A stretch of 64,000 bases of DNA, taken from NCBI RefSeq assembly GCF_011045215.1, contig NZ_CP049201.1; one strand, 5' to 3'. The notes under the pieces were generated by a model that did not search any database, was not told the origin of the DNA, and worked only from the letters and a program-made list of their open reading frames with translations. Positions within the stretch are counted from its first letter, which is position 1, and each line of letters starts with the position of its first letter. The position numbers were made by a program, and so were the translations under genes. Below are positions 1-11,642 of this stretch, in pieces. Source of the DNA: Escherichia coli (GTDB taxonomy: Bacteria > Pseudomonadota > Gammaproteobacteria > Enterobacterales > Enterobacteriaceae).

Positions 1-1576
1 GGCGGATAAAAAGCTGCTCGAAAGCAGTTCGCTGGGCGGGCGTTTGCAGACGGAAACGCTCACTCACATCCGCGCCGTCTTCATCGTAATAGGTGATTTT
101 CAACCATTCGCCTTTCTCGTCGTGCCCATGCTGCAAAGACATGCCGCTACAGCGTAATACCAGCGCATCTTTCAGTCGTAGCGCCGCTTTTAACATATCA
201 TCCGGATCAACCAGTACCGTGTCACATTCGCGGCAGCGGCGAGCGGCAATATCATTTTCCGCGTTACATTGCGGGCAATTTTTAAAACGGAAACGGAAGT
301 CACACTGTTCGCGATGACCGTCGTCATCTTCAAACCATCCCTGACAGCGGCGACCAAAGTGTTCAATCAATGTCCCGTCGGCGGTCGTTTTCCCCCAAAA
401 GGTGTTGGCAAAACCGCAGGCAGGGCAGAAAACCTGTACCGGAACGTTGTCACTTTTGCCTTTCGGTGTACCAACTTCCGGCGCGTAGAGATCGTGAGGA
501 TTACCCGCATAATCAAGGATTAAACAATCAGTCTTGCCCGGAGCGAGACGCAGACCGCGCCCGACAATCTGTTGGTAAAGACTCACTGATTCGGTAGGGC
601 GCAGAATGGCGATAAGATCGACGTGCGGGGCGTCAAATCCGGTGGTCAGTACTGCGACGTTGACCAGATAGCGAAAACGCTGGGCTTTAAAATCTTCAAT
701 TAACACATCGCGCTCAGCGCCGGGGGTGTCGCCAGTAATCAGTGCAGCATCTTCGGCGGGTAGTAATCCCACAATCTCTTTTGCGTGTTCAACGGTGGCG
801 GCGAAAATCATCACCCCTTTGCGCGTTGCAGCAAACTCCATAATCTGGCTGATGATGTGCGGGGTAATACGTTGTTGTTTTTTTAGCTCGCGGTTGAGAT
901 CGGCTTCGCTGAACAGCCCATTACTCTGTGCCTGCAAGCGGCTGAAATCGTATTGCACTACTGGCATATCCAGTCGTTCTGGCGGCGTCAGATAGCCGTG
1001 TTTAATCATATAACGCAGCGGCAGCTCATAAATGCAGTCACGGAAAAGGGCTTTCTCATCGCCGCGTACCATGCCGTGATAATGGAACTGGTAGATCCAG
1101 CCTTTGCCCAATCGAAAAGGCGTGGCAGTCAGCCCCAGCAGGCGTAAGTGGGGATTCACTTTTGTCAGGTGAGTGAGGATTTGCTGATACTGGCTCTCTT
1201 CATCGTCACCAATACGGTGACATTCATCGACAATCAACAGCGAAAATTCACCCTGAAAGGCATCAAGATTACGGGCGACCGACTGCACGCTGCCAAATAC
1301 CACTTTACCGTGGCTCTCTTTGCGCTTTAGCCCGGCGGCAAAAATATCGGCTTCCAGCCCCAGCGCCTGATACTTTGCATGGTTTTGCGCCACCAGTTCT
1401 TTAACGTGTGCCAGCACCAGTACGCGACCACGAGCCAGCCGTGCCAGTTCCGCTATCACCAGGCTTTTACCTGCGCCGGTGGGCAGCACGATAACGGCAG
1501 GGGTTTTATGACGACGAAAATGGTTGAGCGTGGCATCCACGGCTTCTTGCTGATATGGGCGAAGTGTAAAAATCAT
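1..1576 (-). CDS. radD: ATP-dependent DNA repair helicase RadD (YejH); N-terminal ~525 codons, 3' end lies beyond window start
   Basis: Minus-strand ATG at 1576-1574; frame open to the window edge. Translation starts [17 protein letters not shown], with Walker A PTGAGKS and a DECH box (LLIVDECHR, read from reverse complement around 1230-1250). Not in the ORF track because there is no in-window stop. Confidence 0.85.
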   Translation of the reverse strand, partial: MIFTLRPYQQEAVDATLNHFRRHKTPAVIVLPTGAGKSLVIAELARLARGRVLVLAHVKELVAQNHAKYQALGLEADIFAAGLKRKESHGKVVFGSVQSVARNLDAFQGEFSLLIVDECHRIGDDEESQYQQILTHLTKVNPHLRLLGLTATPFRLGKGWIYQFHYHGMVRGDEKALFRDCIYELPLRYMIKHGYLTPPERLDMPVVQYDFSRLQAQSNGLFSEADLNRELKKQQRITPHIISQIMEFAATRKGVMIFAATVEHAKEIVGLLPAEDAALITGDTPGAERDVLIEDFKAQRFRYLVNVAVLTTGFDAPHVDLIAILRPTESVSLYQQIVGRGLRLAPGKTDCLILDYAGNPHDLYAPEVGTPKGKSDNVPVQVFCPACGFANTFWGKTTADGTLIEHFGRRCQGWFEDDDGHREQCDFRFRFKNCPQCNAENDIAARRCRECDTVLVDPDDMLKAALRLKDALVLRCSGMSLQHGHDEKGEWLKITYYDEDGADVSERFRLQTPAQRTAFEQLFIR

Positions 1577-1725
1577 GGTCTCGCGTAGGTAGATTATTCT
1601 GCTAATAGTATGCCACGGATCTTTTTCCCTTGAGGGATGTTATTAGACCGCTATACTGGGCAGACAACAGTTCAGATTTTCGGGTCATTACCCGACCTCC
1701 GTTTTTTACAGGCAAAATCACACAC

Positions 1726-2421
1726 ATGCGACTTGATAAATTTATCGCACAGCAACTCGGCGTTAGCCGTGCTATTGCCGGGCGTGAAATCCGCGGCAAT
1801 CGTGTCACCGTCGATGGCGAAATCGTCCGTAATGCAGCGTTCAAACTGCTTCCTGAACATGATGTCGCTTACGATGGCAACCCGCTGGCGCAGCAACACG
1901 GTCCACGTTACTTCATGCTCAATAAGCCTCAGGGCTATGTTTGCTCCACGGACGACCCTGATCACCCAACGGTGCTCTATTTTCTTGATGAACCAGTGGC
2001 GTGGAAACTGCACGCCGCAGGGCGGCTGGATATCGATACCACCGGTCTGGTGCTGATGACTGATGATGGTCAGTGGTCGCACCGCATTACTTCTCCGCGC
2101 CATCATTGCGAGAAGACCTATCTGGTGACGCTGGAATCACCCGTAGCTGACGATACGGCAGAGCAATTTGCTAAAGGCGTGCAGCTGCATAACGAAAAAG
2201 ATCTCACTAAGCCGGCGGTGCTGGAAGTGATTACCCCAACGCAGGTTCGTCTGACCATCAGCGAAGGGCGTTATCATCAGGTGAAACGCATGTTCGCCGC
2301 TGTGGGTAACCATGTGGTTGAGCTGCATCGTGAACGTATTGGCGGCATTACGCTGGATGCTGATTTAGCCCCCGGTGAATATCGTCCGTTAACTGAAGAA
2401 GAAATTGCCAGCGTCGCCTAA
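1726..2421 (+). CDS. rsuA: 16S rRNA pseudouridine(516) synthase RsuA
   Basis: ORF 1630..2421; internal ATG at 1726 gives the 231-aa product [16 protein letters not shown]... (S4 domain plus pseudouridine synthase core). Start chosen by match to the remembered RsuA N-terminus. Confidence 0.9.
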
Positions 2422-2448
2422 CTTTTCAATGACTTTCAGGAGCCCGTT

Positions 2449-3639
2449 GTGACCACCCGACAGCATTCGTCGTTTGCTATTGTTTTTATCCTTGGCCTGC
2501 TGGCCATGTTGATGCCGCTGTCGATTGATATGTATCTGCCCGCGCTACCGGTAATTTCAGCGCAGTTTGGCGTACCGGCGGGCAGTACGCAGATGACCCT
2601 CAGTACTTATATTCTGGGCTTTGCGTTGGGGCAGTTAATCTACGGGCCGATGGCAGACAGCTTCGGGCGTAAGCCGGTGGTTCTTGGCGGTACGCTGGTG
2701 TTTGCCGCCGCCGCGGTGGCGTGTGCGTTGGCACAAACCATCGATCAGCTGATTGTGATGCGTTTCTTCCACGGGCTGGCTGCGGCTGCGGCCAGCGTGG
2801 TTATCAACGCTTTGATGCGTGATATCTACCCGAAAGAAGAGTTCTCGCGGATGATGTCGTTTGTCATGCTGGTGACGACCATTGCACCGCTGATGGCACC
2901 GATAGTTGGCGGCTGGGTGCTGGTGTGGCTGAGCTGGCATTACATCTTCTGGATCCTCGCCGTGGCGGCGATTCTGGCTTCGGCAATGATCTTCTTTCTG
3001 ATCAAAGAAACCTTACCACCGGAGCGTCGCCAGCCTTTTCACATTCGTACCACTATTGGTAACTTTGCGGCGCTGTTCCGTCATAAGCGTGTCCTGAGTT
3101 ATATGCTGGCCAGCGGTTTCAGCTTTGCCGGGATGTTCTCGTTCTTAAGCGCCGGACCGTTTGTCTACATTGAAATTAACCACGTCGCGCCGGAAAACTT
3201 TGGTTATTACTTTGCACTAAACATTGTTTTCCTGTTCGTGATGACCATCTTTAATAGCCGCTTCGTCCGCCGTATTGGCGCGTTAAATATGTTCCGCTCG
3301 GGGTTGTGGATACAATTTATTATGGCAGCATGGATGGTCATCAGTGCGCTGCTGGGGCTGGGATTTTGGTCGCTGGTGGTTGGCGTTGCGGCGTTTGTGG
3401 GCTGCGTGTCGATGGTGTCATCCAATGCGATGGCGGTCATTCTTGATGAGTTTCCCCATATGGCGGGAACGGCATCTTCGCTGGCAGGAACCTTCCGTTT
3501 TGGCATAGGGGCAATTGTTGGCGCATTGCTTTCTCTTGCGACCTTTAACTCTGCATGGCCGATGATTTGGTCAATTGCATTCTGCGCAACCAGCTCCATT
3601 CTCTTCTGTCTGTACGCCAGTCGGCCGAAAAAACGGTGA
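2449..3639 (+). CDS. bcr: MFS multidrug efflux transporter Bcr (bicyclomycin/sulfonamide resistance)
   Basis: 396-aa ORF from a GTG start at 2449, preceded by SD-like caggag; highly hydrophobic 12-TM-like profile; matches remembered Bcr. Confidence 0.9.
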   Translation: MTTRQHSSFAIVFILGLLAMLMPLSIDMYLPALPVISAQFGVPAGSTQMTLSTYILGFALGQLIYGPMADSFGRKPVVLGGTLVFAAAAVACALAQTIDQLIVMRFFHGLAAAAASVVINALMRDIYPKEEFSRMMSFVMLVTTIAPLMAPIVGGWVLVWLSWHYIFWILAVAAILASAMIFFLIKETLPPERRQPFHIRTTIGNFAALFRHKRVLSYMLASGFSFAGMFSFLSAGPFVYIEINHVAPENFGYYFALNIVFLFVMTIFNSRFVRRIGALNMFRSGLWIQFIMAAWMVISALLGLGFWSLVVGVAAFVGCVSMVSSNAMAVILDEFPHMAGTASSLAGTFRFGIGAIVGALLSLATFNSAWPMIWSIAFCATSSILFCLYASRPKKR

Positions 3640-3971
3640 TCTATTGCACAACGAGGAAGCTAAAAGGCTTCCTTTGTTGATGCATGTCAACCACAAATCT
3701 ATCATTCCCCCGATATATGTTTATTTTATGTAAAATCAATTTATGTAAAAAGTCACATCATTGTAGTTAAAAAGGTTGAGTTAGATCGCAGAAACGGGTA
3801 CATATAGCCCCGCAAACGTGACCACGCCCGCAGATATTACTTAAATCAGAGCCATAGAGGCCACGCAGGCGAGGCATCAATCTTTACGATCTGTATAAAG
3901 ACGGATTGTTGATGATGTGTTAAAATTGATGTAAACAAATTGTGAAGTAAATGTGCTTCCGGGGAAAATAA

Positions 3972-4316
3972 GTGACTTCATTACAACTCTCAATCGTCCA
4001 TCGACTGCCGCAGAACTATCGCTGGTCTGCTGGTTTCGCAGGTTCGAAGGTTGAACCGATTCCGCAAAATGGACCGTGCGGTGACAACAGCCTGGTGGCG
4101 CTTAAATTGCTTAGCCCGGATGGTGATAATGCATGGTCGGTGATGTACAAACTAAGCCAGGCGTTAAGCGACATCGAAGTTCCATGTTCGGTGCTGGAGT
4201 GTGAAGGTGAGCCGTGCCTGTTTGTAAATCGCCAGGACGAGTTTGCTGCAACATGCCGATTGAAAAATTTTGGTGTGGCAATTGCCGAACCCTTTTCAAA
4301 CTACAATCCTTTTTAA
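3972..4316 (+). CDS. yejG: Uncharacterised protein YejG
   Basis: 114-aa ORF from a GTG start ([18 protein letters not shown]...); position between bcr and yejF as in E. coli. Confidence 0.8.
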
Positions 4317-4319
4317 GCG

Positions 4320-5909
4320 TCAGCTCAACGCCAGTAGCTGACGCGTATACTCCTGCTGCGGTGTGGCAAACACGCGCGCGCACGGTCCTTGTTCCACTAC
4401 TTCCCCTTGTCGCAGTACGATAACCTGATGACATAACGCGCGGACAACGTGCAAATCGTGGCTGATAAACAAATAGGCCAGTTGATGCTTTTGTTGCAAT
4501 GATTTCAATAGCGTCAATATTTGCGCCTGTACCGTTTTGTCGAGTGATGATGTCGGTTCATCAAGTATGATCAGCGAGGGCTTAAGAATTAATGCCCTGG
4601 CAATCGCAATACGTTGTCGCTGACCACCAGAGAACTCCGCCGGATAACGGTGGCGTGTTTCAGGATCTAATCCCACTTCATGCATCACGGCTATCACTTG
4701 TTGTTCGCGTTGTGCGGCAGAAAGCGTCGGCTGGTGAACCCGTAAGCCTTCCTCAATAATCTGCAAAACGTTGAGTCGTGGGTTGAGCGAGGAGTTTGGA
4801 TCCTGAAATACCACCTGAATGCGATGACGAATAGGTAACAGCTGGCGGCGATTTAAATTTTGCAGTGGCTGACCGTCAAAGATGATGCTGCCCTGAGAAT
4901 TAATCAGTCGCAGCAGCGCCAGTCCCGTCGTGCTTTTCCCGGAACCGGACTCGCCCACTAAACCCAGTGTTTCACCCGCTCGTAGCGTAAAACTGATGTT
5001 TTTCACCACCACATTATGATCCACAATGCGTTTCAAAATCCCTTTGCGAATGGGGAAGGCAACCTGAAGCTGTTCAACATCCAGCAACGTTGAGGCAGGT
5101 TCTGGCAACGGCACTGGATCGCCTGACGGTTCACTGTTGAGTAGCTTTTGTGTGTAAGGATGAGTGGGTGAGGCAAATAGCGTAGCGGCGTAATTTTGCT
5201 CGACACAGCGACCGTTTTGCATTACCGCCACGCGGTGGGCCAGTTTTCTGACAATGCTGAGGTTATGAGTAATAAACAGCATGCCCATATTCAACTCGCC
5301 TTGCAGTTCGCGCAACAGCTGTAAAATCTGCGCCTGGACAGAGACGTCCAGTGCGGTGGTCGGTTCATCGGCAATTAATAATTCCGGTCGCGTTAACAGC
5401 GCCATCGCAATCATCACCCGCTGGCGTTCGCCGCCGGAGAGCTGATGCGGATAATCTGTCAGCCGTTTTGCCGCCTGGCGGATACCAACGCGATCAAGGC
5501 AGTTAAGAATTTCGCCACGAGCCGCTTCCCGACGCATCCCGCGGTGGAGTGAAAGCACTTCATAAAGCTGTTTTTCCAGGGTATGCAATGGATTTAACGA
5601 CACCATCGGCTCTTGAAAAATCATGGCGATCTTATTACCGCGTACACCGCGCAACGTTTGGTCGCTGGCATGAAGCAGCGATTCGCCATGAAAACGAATA
5701 TCGCCGGAGAGATATTCAACCGGCGGGGAAGGGAGCAGGCGTAAAATTGACAGCGCGGTAACGCTTTTGCCTGAACCTGACTCACCCACCAGCGCCAGCG
5801 TTTCGCCAGCCTCAATCTGTAGTGAAACATCATTGACTACTGTACGTACGGTTTGCTGATGGCGAAAACCCACCGACAAATCTTCAATCGCTAACAGAGT
5901 TTGCGTCAT
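4320..5909 (-). CDS. yejF: ABC transporter ATP-binding protein YejF (two fused ATPase domains) of the YejABEF peptide/microcin C importer
   Basis: ORF 4320..5957; start assigned to the internal ATG at 5909 (MTQTLLAIEDLSVGF...), giving 529 aa. Two Walker A motifs (GESGSGKS twice) and two ABC signature motifs (LSGGERQR, FSGGQRQR). Confidence 0.9.
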   Translation of the reverse strand: MTQTLLAIEDLSVGFRHQQTVRTVVNDVSLQIEAGETLALVGESGSGKSVTALSILRLLPSPPVEYLSGDIRFHGESLLHASDQTLRGVRGNKIAMIFQEPMVSLNPLHTLEKQLYEVLSLHRGMRREAARGEILNCLDRVGIRQAAKRLTDYPHQLSGGERQRVMIAMALLTRPELLIADEPTTALDVSVQAQILQLLRELQGELNMGMLFITHNLSIVRKLAHRVAVMQNGRCVEQNYAATLFASPTHPYTQKLLNSEPSGDPVPLPEPASTLLDVEQLQVAFPIRKGILKRIVDHNVVVKNISFTLRAGETLGLVGESGSGKSTTGLALLRLINSQGSIIFDGQPLQNLNRRQLLPIRHRIQVVFQDPNSSLNPRLNVLQIIEEGLRVHQPTLSAAQREQQVIAVMHEVGLDPETRHRYPAEFSGGQRQRIAIARALILKPSLIILDEPTSSLDKTVQAQILTLLKSLQQKHQLAYLFISHDLHVVRALCHQVIVLRQGEVVEQGPCARVFATPQQEYTRQLLALS

Positions 5910-5910
5910 G

Positions 5911-6404
5911 CTACACCGCCTTATTAGGATCAAATGCGTCGCGGACGGCTTCACCAATAAAGATCAGCAAAGACAATAATATCGCCACCGACAAGAAGGC
6001 GGTGATCCCAAGCCACGGAGCCTGAAGGTTATTTTTCCCTTGTAACAGCAGTTCACCGAGTGACGGTGAACCGAGCGGCAGACCGAAGCCGAGGAAATCG
6101 AGTGAGGTCAGGGTGGTGATCGAACTACATAAAATAAACGGTAAAAAAGTGAGGGTAGCGACCATGGCATTTGGCAACATATGACGCAGGATGATACTGC
6201 GATCGCTGACGCCAAGCGCCTGCGCCGCACGAATGTAGTCGAAATTACGGGTACGTAAAAACTCCGCCCGCACCACGCCGACCAGACTCATCCAGCCAAA
6301 CAAGACAGTAATTGCCAGCAGCCACCAGAAGTTAGGCTGTACGACGCTGGAAAGTAAAATAATCAAAAACAGCGTCGGCATCCCCGACCATACTTCAATA
6401 AAGC
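5911..6404 (-). pseudogene. yejE: yejE remnant: only the C-terminal ~165 codons of the OppC/DppC-type permease, lacking its 5' half and native start
   Basis: The frame ending at 5911 encodes ...[23 protein letters not shown]...RAAQALGVSDRSIILRHMLPN...AVRDAFDPNKAV, i.e. the C-terminal TM region, EAA-loop region and C-terminus of an OppC-like permease. Upstream, the same frame runs into yejB-derived DNA. Expected intact length ~341 aa. The upstream boundary is approximate. Confidence 0.75.
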
Positions 6405-7031
6405 GTTGCCCAGGCCGCGTAGAGGGAACAGGTCGAAATAGCTGCCGCCCGCGAAGAAGACAATCAGCAGGATGGCAAACAAAAAGGCCGGAATGGCGTA
6501 GCCGATGATGATAAATGCGCTACTCCAGACGTCAAAGCGGCTCCCATTATAAACAGCTTTGCGAATGCCTAACGGAATCGACACCAGATAGATAATCAGC
6601 GTGCTCCACAATCCGAGGGTGATGGAAACCGGCAGGCTGTCTTTAATCAGCGTCAGCACCGAGGCGCTGCGAAACAGGCTGTCACCAAAATCAAAGCGAA
6701 TGTAGTCCCAAAGCATTTTGAAGTAACGTTCGTGGATCGGCTTATCGAAACCGTAGCGATGGGTGATCTCAGCGATCACTTCTGGATCTAACCCGCGTCC
6801 GCCACGGTAATTACTGTCGCTGATATTGCCGACGCCTGTTTGCGCATGGCTGGCACGAACGCCTTCACCGCCTGCGCCGGGTAATACTCCGGCATTACCA
6901 AACTCAATGGCGGCGATGGCCTGGTCGACCGGACCGCCAGGCGCAATTTGCACGATGAAAAAGTTGATAGTGATAATCGCCCATAACGTTGGGATCACCA
7001 GCAACAGACGGCGAATCAGATAAGCGCCCAT
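6405..7031 (-). pseudogene. yejB: yejB remnant: N-terminal ~207 codons of the DppB-type permease; the called ORF continues through a 15-codon out-of-frame tail to a stop at 6363
   Basis: ORF 6363..7031 starts [35 protein letters not shown]... and reads through ...[16 protein letters not shown], then [15 protein letters not shown]-stop. The DppB-type C-terminal half (EAA loop, TM5-6) is absent. Expected intact length ~364 aa. Confidence 0.75.
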
Positions 7032-8846
7032 CTACTCTCCCTGTTGTCTGGCTGACGGCAGTTTGGCCGCTTTATTAACATCATACCACCAGGTATCGAT
7101 ACCCAGACTGTAAACAGGGCGCACAGCGGGTTGGGAGAATTTATCCCACCAGGCGAGACGGTCTTCCGCCATGTACCACATTGGCAGCATGTAATAATTC
7201 CACGTTAATACGCGATCCAGTGCTCGCCCTAACGGCAGTAATTTTTCTTTATTTCCCTGCGCGGCAATAATTTGGTTGATCAGCGAGTCGATAACCGGGC
7301 TTTGCACGCCGGGGGCATTATAAGTGGAATTGATATATTCCGATGACCAGGAAATCTGTAAATCGGAACTGGGCCACGGCATCGCCCGCCATACGCGCGG
7401 CATCATATCATAGTCGCGACTGCGCATGCGGTTGGTGATTTGCGAGTTATCCACCTTGCGAATGTCCATGTTGATACCCAGCCGTTGCAGGCTGTGCTGG
7501 AACGGCAATACCCACTGACTATTGCTGCTTGCAGGAAGCAATAATTCAAAGCTGAGCGGCTGACCCGTAGTGGCATTAACGCGTTGCTGACCTTTCAGCA
7601 CCCAGCCCGCTTCGTTGAGAAGTTTGTCGGCTTTTAACAGGTTGTCACGATCGTAGCCATCGCCTTTCGATACCGGCGGCTGGTAGATTTGTGTGAAGAC
7701 TTCTGACGGTAGATCTTTTTTCATTGGTGCCAGAAGCACCAGCTCCGCGGCGTCAGGGTAATTTCTGGCCGCGTATTCGGTATTCTGAAAATAACTGTTC
7801 GTGCGACTCCAGGCATTGTAAAACAACGCCTTGTTCATCCATTCAAAGTCAAAGGCGAGGGTGATTGCTTCCCGGACCCGGCGATCGCTGAATACCGGAC
7901 GTTGGATATTAAACGCCAGCCAGCGCGTATCCTGGGCTGATTCGTTCTTTTGCTCATCTTTGATGATGTATCTTTTATCGAAATTTTTACCGGTATAACG
8001 CGTGGCCCAGTTTTTAGCGTCGTTTTCCATACGCAAATCAAAGGCACCTGCTTTAAACGCTTCAAAGGCGACATTATCATCGAGGTAATAATCGTAGCGA
8101 ATGGTGTCGAAATTCCAGCGTCCACGGTTTACCGGTAAGTTTGCTGCCCAGTAATCTTTCACGCGGGAATAGACAATATTTTGCCCCATTTTCCAGGACG
8201 TAATGCGGTACGGACCACTGGCAAGCGGAGGCGTGGCGAGCGGATCGCTAAGTTTCTGATCCTTCCAGTACTTTTCTGGAAATACCGGCAGCGAAAACAG
8301 ACTCAACATATCTTCTTTGCCGGGTTTAGCTAACTCAATGCGCACGGTTAACGGCGCAATGGCTTTGACGGTGGTGCCTTTGTAGACCAGACGAAATTGC
8401 GGCACGCCTTCGGTCATAAATTTTTGAAAAGTAAACTCTACATCGCGGGCAGTAATGGGCGAACCATCATGAAAACGGGCGCGCGGATTAATAGCGACCT
8501 CCACCCAGGAATAATCGTCAGCATAGCGTGCACTTTCAGCAATCAGCGGGTAATAACTGCCTGGTTCGTCATCGGAAGTCGTAAATAGCGTGTCGTACAG
8601 CTGCTCGGTGCGTGCGCCCGGGTTGCCGCGCAGTGCATAGCGGTTGAAATTATCGAAGGTACCGAGGGCTGACAACGTTATCTGCCCACCTTTTGGCGCG
8701 GCGGGGTTCACATAATCAAAATGGTTGAAATTAAACGCGTACCGGGGTTCGCCCAGCACGGCAAAGGCATAGCTTTCCTTGATAGCCTGCGCCTGCGCAC
8801 CAAAGGTGAACAGAGCGATAAACAGCAGCAGTATGCGCACAATCAT
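7032..8846 (-). CDS. yejA: Periplasmic oligopeptide/microcin C-binding protein YejA (ABC transporter substrate-binding protein)
   Basis: ORF 7032..8852 (606 aa); likely start two codons in (MIVRILLLFIALFTFGAQA, a signal peptide), giving 604 aa. SBP family 5 features. Confidence 0.9.
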   Translation of the reverse strand: MIVRILLLFIALFTFGAQAQAIKESYAFAVLGEPRYAFNFNHFDYVNPAAPKGGQITLSALGTFDNFNRYALRGNPGARTEQLYDTLFTTSDDEPGSYYPLIAESARYADDYSWVEVAINPRARFHDGSPITARDVEFTFQKFMTEGVPQFRLVYKGTTVKAIAPLTVRIELAKPGKEDMLSLFSLPVFPEKYWKDQKLSDPLATPPLASGPYRITSWKMGQNIVYSRVKDYWAANLPVNRGRWNFDTIRYDYYLDDNVAFEAFKAGAFDLRMENDAKNWATRYTGKNFDKRYIIKDEQKNESAQDTRWLAFNIQRPVFSDRRVREAITLAFDFEWMNKALFYNAWSRTNSYFQNTEYAARNYPDAAELVLLAPMKKDLPSEVFTQIYQPPVSKGDGYDRDNLLKADKLLNEAGWVLKGQQRVNATTGQPLSFELLLPASSNSQWVLPFQHSLQRLGINMDIRKVDNSQITNRMRSRDYDMMPRVWRAMPWPSSDLQISWSSEYINSTYNAPGVQSPVIDSLINQIIAAQGNKEKLLPLGRALDRVLTWNYYMLPMWYMAEDRLAWWDKFSQPAVRPVYSLGIDTWWYDVNKAAKLPSARQQGE

Positions 8847-8927
8847 CTGCAACGGATTTCCTTTTACTCATCATTAGCCGCAATCCGGCATGCTTTCACT
8901 ATGAATAATAAGGGACGTAAGCACACC

Positions 8928-10484
8928 TTACCACTGCGGCGTATACGGTTTCTTCAGCCAGCGGACAAAATCGTCCAGCGGTAACGGGCGACTAATCCAG
9001 TAGCCTTGCATGAAATTAACGCCGCGTTCGCTTAGCCATCGCGCCTGTTCCGGCGTTTCGACCCCTTCAGCAACCGTCAGCATATTGAGGCGTTTCGCCA
9101 GCGTCAGCACCGCGTCAAGTACGGGTGAAGTGATCGTTTCCGTACCGATGGCGTTGATAAATCCACGGTCAATTTTCAGATAATCGAGCGTAAAACGCTC
9201 AAGATAGATAAGCGCGCTGTGCCCGGTGCCGAAGTCATCAATAGCAATTTCTACGCCGACCGAGTGCAGCCAGGCGAAGAGTTGTGTGGCTTCTTGCTCT
9301 TTCAGCATATCGCGCTCGGTAATTTCCAGCACAATCTGGAAATGGTGTGCGGGTAGGGAAGTGAGCAGTTTCTGGATATCTGCTTTAAAGCTTTCGCTGT
9401 GCAGATGGTCCGGCGCAATGTTAATACCAAATTTGACGCCTACCGGCAGCACTTTTTCTAATTCTGCGGCATCGCGGGCAATTAACTCAAACAGGTGCTG
9501 AGTCAGCGGCACAATCATCTTTTGCGATTCGGCAAAGTTAATGAAGGCATCCGGGGGAATTTCTCCCGCGACAGGATGCCGCCAGCGTAGCAGTACTTCC
9601 AGGCCCGTTACTCGCAAAGCTTGTGTATCCACCACCGGTTGATACGCCACGTAAAATTGTTCGCGCTTGATGGCGGTCATAATTTCTCTGCCGGGGCGCA
9701 TACGTACGCTCATCAGGTAATAGCAGAGCAGGCCAACGACAGTTCCACTCATGCCGCCCAGTAAAAATGCGTACCACACATCGTTCCATGTCCAGTCATC
9801 TGCATAAAGCCGAACGGTCAGAGGAATGCCCGCAATTTTAGTTTCACGGACTGGCATGTCGGTTAATTCATTAACGTTCATCAAACGTGAAGAAAAGGTA
9901 GATAGCGCAGTATTGCCAATAATGAGGGCGACGCCATCGTAATCTTCCTGCCGTGAACTATAAAAGAGTGAAGGCGTCAGGTTGAGATTCAGAGCGGCAA
10001 AGACGCCGCTATTTTTCAGCAAAGGGTTGCGATACCAGATGACGATTGCGGGTTTGTTCGGCACCATCGGCGTGCCGGGTAAGATCGCCATATCGACATT
10101 TTTATTAATGTCGAGCGCAGGAATCAATTCATTGAGTGGAATGTCCATCTCACCGGTCGCAGATGAACAGAATGTTTTTTTATCTTTCACCAGCACAAAC
10201 GTACGGACATTCATGCTAAACGCCGCGCGGGCGGTCAGTTCGGGGTTAGCCTGCTGGCAGGTATCTAAGGTCAGCGGCTGAAGCCGGTCAGTAGTGGATT
10301 TCAGGTCGGCAAAATAGGTATCGAGATACTTTTGTACGTCGGTAATCAGTGTGTCGTATTTGACTTCGTGCTTATGCCAGGCCACCAAAAACTGAAGGCA
10401 GCTCACCAGTATCGCAATCATTACGCCTGCAACAATGCAGGTAAGCAGGAGCTTACGTCCAGAATTGGGAGCGCGTATGAACAT
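8928..10484 (-). CDS. rtn: c-di-GMP phosphodiesterase Rtn/PdeN (membrane-anchored EAL domain protein)
   Basis: 518-aa ORF; N-terminal TM segment, periplasmic region, second TM, C-terminal EAL domain (EITERD, DDFGTGHS motifs). Confidence 0.9.
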   Translation of the reverse strand: MFIRAPNSGRKLLLTCIVAGVMIAILVSCLQFLVAWHKHEVKYDTLITDVQKYLDTYFADLKSTTDRLQPLTLDTCQQANPELTARAAFSMNVRTFVLVKDKKTFCSSATGEMDIPLNELIPALDINKNVDMAILPGTPMVPNKPAIVIWYRNPLLKNSGVFAALNLNLTPSLFYSSRQEDYDGVALIIGNTALSTFSSRLMNVNELTDMPVRETKIAGIPLTVRLYADDWTWNDVWYAFLLGGMSGTVVGLLCYYLMSVRMRPGREIMTAIKREQFYVAYQPVVDTQALRVTGLEVLLRWRHPVAGEIPPDAFINFAESQKMIVPLTQHLFELIARDAAELEKVLPVGVKFGINIAPDHLHSESFKADIQKLLTSLPAHHFQIVLEITERDMLKEQEATQLFAWLHSVGVEIAIDDFGTGHSALIYLERFTLDYLKIDRGFINAIGTETITSPVLDAVLTLAKRLNMLTVAEGVETPEQARWLSERGVNFMQGYWISRPLPLDDFVRWLKKPYTPQW

Positions 10485-10664
10485 GATTCCGTTAATTTCC
10501 TGAAATTACGACAACATTTAAAAGATAACAATGACCGGACTATAGCCTGGATCAAGACGCGGAAACATCATTTTCTCTGATGAATGAAAACAAAAAAGCA
10601 CTGCCTAAGCAGTGCTTTCAGTTAACTCGTCAGGATAGCCAAGGGATTGCATCCAAACGGTTTA

Positions 10665-11231
10665 TTAGCTGCGGCTGAGAACCCGGCGTGCTTCGTTGTA
10701 ACGCTTCTTCCAGTACGGTTCATTCATGCTGGAAATAATAACACCACTGCTGGTGGAAGCATGGACAAACTGATTGTTGCCGATATAAATACCGACATGG
10801 CGTCCCGTTGAACCGGCACGGAACAGAACTAAATCACCCGTACGCAAATTACTGCGAGAAACAGATTTACCCATTTCCTGCTGTTCGTAAGTCGAACGCG
10901 GAAGTTCTAAGCCAAATTGCTCACGGAATGTACGTTGTACAAAACCAGAACAATCGATACCTTTTTTAGTGCTACCGCCCAGACGATAACGTACGCCTTT
11001 CCAGTCAGCATACTGATCCATAATTCGCGATTTTACGTCGACATTACGAACCAGGTTTTCAAATTCATCCTGAGAAGCTTGCAGTGATGATGTTTCACTA
11101 CCCACTGCACGTGTCTCAGGATGCATATTCTTTGCGGTGTTATTTGCACTACATGCAGAAAGCAGAACCGCTACTGCAATCGCGGGGATCCCGCGCAAGA
11201 TATATCTCAAAATCGGTTGAGATTTGACCAT
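10665..11231 (-). CDS. mepS: Peptidoglycan DD-endopeptidase/LD-carboxypeptidase MepS (Spr), NlpC/P60 lipoprotein
   Basis: 188-aa ORF with lipoprotein signal (LLSACS) and NlpC/P60 catalytic region (GIDCSGFVQ ... HVGIYIG). Confidence 0.92.
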
Positions 11232-11642
11232 GTTGTTTGTTTTCCCTTGAAGTCCTTAACGACAAATATCGTTATAAAAAAATGCCAAGCGACACGAGAC
11301 TAATTACCTGGGCATGTTGAAACAATTCCTTAAGGCCAAATCTGTGGACTAACGCACAAAATTATATGCTGTGAGGATAATCTACCGCCGAGGCAAAACG
11401 AGTTCGAGATTACCCGATTGGTGCGGTCTTGGCGAGCGGTTTTACATGATTTTTTATAAGAAAAAGTGATACAGAAAGTTAATAAGCGGGATTGGTCAAT
11501 TAAAGTACGATTGAGTGAAATGCATGCAATCCATTCATTTACTTAGAGAATGATTTTTGCGTTCGATGGATGAAAGCACGGTGCGCATCATCAGGATTAT
11601 CCTCACTATAAAAATAAACCTGATGATGTTAATTACTGTGAG

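Noticed and set aside
1630-1725. In-frame upstream ATG extending rsuA by 32 codons (similar 5' extensions for yejF, lpxT, yeiP, yeiL, yohJ, yohD, dusC, bglX, dld, yeiB, mdtQ)
   Set aside because: The extensions overlap upstream genes or promoters and lack conserved sequence. Internal starts matching known N-termini and signal peptides were preferred, but start codons remain the least certain part of the annotation.
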